Assembly (NCBI GenBank): GCA_963753595.1 | Contig: CAVWCX010000028.1 | Location: forward strand, 17,670 to 81,669 | Origin: Candidatus Methanoperedenaceae archaeon | GTDB lineage: Archaea; Halobacteriota; Methanosarcinia; Methanosarcinales; Methanoperedenaceae | Reading direction: 5' to 3' | DNA length: 64,000 nucleotides | Shown: positions 60,553 to 64,000 of the stretch, one piece after another | Position numbering within the stretch: position 1 is the first letter of the stretch | Layout of the letters: the number at the start of each line of letters is the position of its first letter | The notes under the pieces: generated by a model | What the model saw: only the letters and a program-made list of their open reading frames with translations | What the model was told of the DNA's origin: nothing | The model's database searches: none | Program-made: the position numbers and the translations under genes

Positions 60553-61203
60553 ATGCCGGATATAGAAAATTATTCCCGGAGCGATTTTGAAAGGGCAAAG
60601 GAATCCTGCAAAAATGCAAAAAACGGTGGTGTCATATATTTCATGACCTATATCTTCATATCTCGGCAGGGGCAAACGACTTGGAACACGGATTGCGCGG
60701 ATGACGCGGATGCACACGGATACGAACTTCCAATTCCGCGAATATCCGCGCAATCCGCGGCATCCGCGTTCCCTTTTCGATTTGATGACTACTACTTCAT
60801 CAACCCACATCAAATTAAATTCATATATAGGCCACGTTTTTCAGGACACTACCAATTTTTGAGTGCATATCCCTCCGACCAGAAAAAATTCAAAATCATC
60901 GGTATTGACAATCCTGAAGATTATGCAATTTTTCAAAATAAAGGCTATCAGGGATTATATAATGGGCTTGGAGTTAAAGATATCCATAAAAGAAAAGGGC
61001 TTAACAAAAACCAGAAAATTCTGGATCATATGGGAAGCACAGAGCTTGCAGCCAACCTGTTCAGAGCCACCCAGACGGATGATAAATTAAGGCGCGAAAA
61101 TATCAGGGGAAAAGAGAACGCTAACACTACCCACTTTGTTGTAGGCAAAAAAATATACCATAAATATCGAATACTCGAAAAAGCTTGTCAGGATAACATG
61201 TGA
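60553..61203 (+). pseudogene. dinD: DinD-like (DNA damage-inducible D) mosaic remnant with inserted repeat element
   Basis: C-terminal DYAIFQNKGYQGLY...ILDHMGSTELAANLFRATQT and N-terminal ERAKESCKN match DinD; the middle is replaced by unrelated sequence. Confidence 0.7.
60683..60772. repeat. 90-bp palindromic element built from 9-10-bp tandem units (CRCGGAT x4 / ATCCGCG x3-4)
   Basis: GGAACACGGAT...ATCCGCGTTCC ends are inverted. Confidence 0.85.
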
Positions 61204-61303
61204 AGGAAGTTCCTTAAGAAATCTCATACCCTTTGGGCAGACCAGATTAACGGAATTTGGAGGTTGTAAAAAATTTGTGATCATAAAATGATCACTGCAA
61301 TCT

Positions 61304-62119
61304 TTAAACATCATGCACCCACCAGTCACCTTTAACCGTATGCTCTTTCTTCCATATCGGGACTTCAGCCTTCAGGCGTTCTATTGCTTCCCTCAATACC
61401 GGAAATAGCTCTTCCCTGTGACCTGCGGCAACAGCGATATACACAATATCCTCACCCTTATGGATTATTCCTGTTTTGTGATGCATCAGTACATCGACTA
61501 TGCCCGGTTTTTCCTTAAGCTGCGAGCATATTTCATCCAATTTTTTCCGGGCAAGTTCGCCGTGCGCCTCAAATTCCAGGAATTCGGTGCGGATCTCACC
61601 TGTCACATTTCTGACGATTCCAGTAAAAGTCCCGATAGCGCCTGCTTTTTCAATCGATTTTGAACTTTTGAGCTTTTGAAGGAGGGAATCAAGTGTATGA
61701 TATTCTGGCTGCTTGAGGATGATATCCACGAGTTCATCAATTTGTGCGCTTTGCGGGTTGTCCAGTCTTTTAACAATTTCTTCCGCTTCAACATCGCCAA
61801 GGGCTATTTTAGGCAGTTTGCTGTCCTTCCATCCCTCTACTAATGCAAAATCCATTCCTGCATTTGCAAGTTCATCCAGTGCCGTTGCCAGGTCATTATT
61901 GCGCGAGAATTTCACAAGCTCATTCGGAGTAACTGCAACCACAACATCAGCGCCAGCCTGTGCATGTTTCCATGTGTCGGTATCCGGCTCATTAATATCA
62001 TGTTCGTTGAGATGTTTTATTGTTCCAACTGACCCGTGTTTTTTTAAAGCTTTGACCAGCTGTCCCACTAATGTTGTTTTTCCTGTTTTTTTATACCCTA
62101 CGACAGATATTATTTTCAT
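61304..62119 (-). CDS. moaE: MobB-MoaE fusion (molybdopterin synthase catalytic subunit)
   Basis: GYKKTGKT P-loop, VEGWK; GAIGTFTGIVR, HREELF, LKAEVPIWKKE. Confidence 0.92.
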   Translation of the reverse strand: MKIISVVGYKKTGKTTLVGQLVKALKKHGSVGTIKHLNEHDINEPDTDTWKHAQAGADVVVAVTPNELVKFSRNNDLATALDELANAGMDFALVEGWKDSKLPKIALGDVEAEEIVKRLDNPQSAQIDELVDIILKQPEYHTLDSLLQKLKSSKSIEKAGAIGTFTGIVRNVTGEIRTEFLEFEAHGELARKKLDEICSQLKEKPGIVDVLMHHKTGIIHKGEDIVYIAVAAGHREELFPVLREAIERLKAEVPIWKKEHTVKGDWWVHDV

Positions 62120-62146
62120 GAACCTGATAGCACTTATCTTATTTTA

Positions 62147-63841
62147 TTACATTGATTCAGGGGCAAATATACCCAATGTATCAAGCGCATTTGCAAGAAC
62201 AATGCGTGAACATTCAACAAGCCCTAGGCGCGCTGACCTGAACTCAGGCTCTGCCGCGAGAACAGGTACGAACCTGTAGAACTGGTTGAATGAATCCGCA
62301 AGTTCCCTTGCGTATATGGCCAGAAGGTTAGGTTTCAATTCCCGTGACGCATTATCGATCACGCTTTCAAATCCTGACAGCTTTTTGATAAGGGATATTT
62401 CCTGCTCTTCAAGAAGAATATTGGGATCGAAATCCTCAAATGATAGACTTTCATCCCTTGCGTTCTTTATGATACTGCATGCCCTCGCATGGGCGTATTG
62501 AATAAATGGCGCGCCCTGTTTTTCAAAGTCCACAGCCTCTTTCCAATCAAATACTGTTGCCTTCTCGGGGGATATGCGGATAATATCATATCGCACCGCG
62601 CCGATGCTCACAAAAGCTGCAACTTTCTTCTTGAATTCCAGGTCTTTGTCAGGAAGCTTTTTATCAACGACTTCAAAAGCTGCTTTTTCAACTTCATCAA
62701 TGAGTTCATCAGCCGAAATGAAGACACCGCGCCGTGTGCTCATGGAACCTTCGGGCAGCGACACGAACTCAAAAATAACGATCTCAGGTTCTTTATGACC
62801 CAGTATCCGAAGCACTGCTTTTAGTTGTGATGAAATAAGTTTGTGGTCGGCTCCCAGGATATCGATCATCCTGTCGCATTGTGTTGCCTTCCATTCATGG
62901 TATGAGAGGTCGCGGGTGGTGTAAAGGGAAGTCCCGTCCGAGCGCTGGACAACGAGTGACTTTTGTATCCCCATATCTTTCAGGTCAACCATGAACGCCC
63001 CATCCTTCAACGCAGTGCGGTCAAGCGCCTTGACTTCCTCCATGATCCTGTTCACTTCGCCAGACCTGACGAATTGTGATTCCCAGACGAATTTATCATG
63101 ATGGATGTTCATGCGCGTCAGGGATCCTTTTATTCCTTCCATGCATGTATCGATGGCATTTTTGAATTTCTTTTCTATTTCCGGCTCGCCCACCTCATAT
63201 TTTTTCATTATGCCATCAACTTCGGGTGAGTGCTCTTTTTCATCAACGAGAGTCTTATTGGCATTAATATAAACTTCTGCTATCGCATGGTCTTTCTTTT
63301 TGGCTTTATCAAACTCGAAATTCTCAAGTCCCCAGACAACCACTGCGATCTGCCGCCCCATATCGTTAATATAATACTGCGTCTCGACGTCATATCCGGC
63401 GCGCTTGAGGATCCGGGCAAGGGTATCGCCAATTACGGAATTCCTGATGTGGCCGATATGCAGCGGGCCGTCAGGATTGGCCGAAGTATGCTCCAGGATA
63501 ACTTTCCCCCTGTTGTCCAGGTTCCCGAAATTCTCCCTGTCATGGAGCACTGCAAGGACGGTTTCATTCAGGAAAGTGCGGCTTATGAAAAAGTTGATAT
63601 AAGGCCCTGTCATTTCAGCACGGGCAACATAAGAACCTGAATGGATCGAGATATTTTTGTAAATTTTTTCGCTGATCTCTTTAGGGCTTTTTTTATATTT
63701 TGGCGCCAGCTTGAATCCCACAGAAGACGCAAGGTCTGCATGAGGCGATTCGGTCAAAGCAAGGTCTAATGTCTCGAATCCTGCTTTTTTAACAGCGCTT
63801 GATAATATTGATGAAACTTCATCTTTGAATTTGAGGAACAT
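62147..63841 (-). CDS. argS: Arginine--tRNA ligase
   Basis: EHTSANPDGPLHIGHIRN, MSTRRG, QYAHARACSI, APESM. Start MFLKFK at 63841. Confidence 0.97.
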   Translation of the reverse strand: MFLKFKDEVSSILSSAVKKAGFETLDLALTESPHADLASSVGFKLAPKYKKSPKEISEKIYKNISIHSGSYVARAEMTGPYINFFISRTFLNETVLAVLHDRENFGNLDNRGKVILEHTSANPDGPLHIGHIRNSVIGDTLARILKRAGYDVETQYYINDMGRQIAVVVWGLENFEFDKAKKKDHAIAEVYINANKTLVDEKEHSPEVDGIMKKYEVGEPEIEKKFKNAIDTCMEGIKGSLTRMNIHHDKFVWESQFVRSGEVNRIMEEVKALDRTALKDGAFMVDLKDMGIQKSLVVQRSDGTSLYTTRDLSYHEWKATQCDRMIDILGADHKLISSQLKAVLRILGHKEPEIVIFEFVSLPEGSMSTRRGVFISADELIDEVEKAAFEVVDKKLPDKDLEFKKKVAAFVSIGAVRYDIIRISPEKATVFDWKEAVDFEKQGAPFIQYAHARACSIIKNARDESLSFEDFDPNILLEEQEISLIKKLSGFESVIDNASRELKPNLLAIYARELADSFNQFYRFVPVLAAEPEFRSARLGLVECSRIVLANALDTLGIFAPESM

Positions 63842-63918
63842 AAAATCGAGGAATACACACAAGCAAAGTACATAATTTTTCCTGAAAGCATTTTTGTTGT
63901 TGTATTTCTTTGTCACTA

Positions 63919-64000
63919 TCATGGGCGCAGGATGTGGGGATAGACGGATTCCCTGGTTTTCTCAGTAAATAAAAATCCTATATCCCATAAAAAGTCGTCG
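63919..64000 (-). CDS. Possible 3' end of an upstream gene running off the window
   Basis: Open frame DDFLWDIGFLFTEKTRESVYPHILRP*; too short to assign. Confidence 0.35.
   Translation of the reverse strand, partial: DDFLWDIGFLFTEKTRESVYPHILRP

Overview
Chromosomal window from a Methanosarcinales archaeon, most likely Ca. Methanoperedens (ANME-2d). This is inferred from the thermosome, archaeal-type ArgS, PEF-CTERM-type sorting tails, a class III PHA synthase cluster and a YxFSW-type domain. Layout: (1) 1-5.2 kb, nested IS pile-up; (2) 5.3-32.2 kb, surface-glycan and secreted-protein island with glycosyltransferases, AsnB-type amidotransferase, GlpD-like oxidoreductase, FrhB-like plus pyruvyl-transferase pair, two DUF5060/DUF4038 paralogs sharing a 323-bp near-identical inverted block, a 2064-aa SGNH/LamG/FN3 repeat protein and a GT-C with an (AAT)23 tract; (3) 32.3-35.6 kb, second IS cluster; (4) 35.6-46.9 kb, partly duplicated stress island (CsbD, DUF883-like, YqjE-like, lmo0937-like, HtrA, cupredoxin, ice-binding protein, thermosome); (5) 47.5-55.2 kb, PHA operon with two PhaE-repeat proteins ahead of phaE-phaC-phaB-phaA-phaB; (6) maf, a flavoprotein, a decayed type I R-M locus hit by IS4, mobB-moaE and argS. 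Best novel candidates: a ~135-nt structured RNA in two copies with compensatory base-pair changes (one leading the thermosome gene), a second repeated leader, the PhaE-repeat proteins and a potentially invertible 11-kb surface-protein segment. All family calls come from motif recognition by eye; no database search was run.
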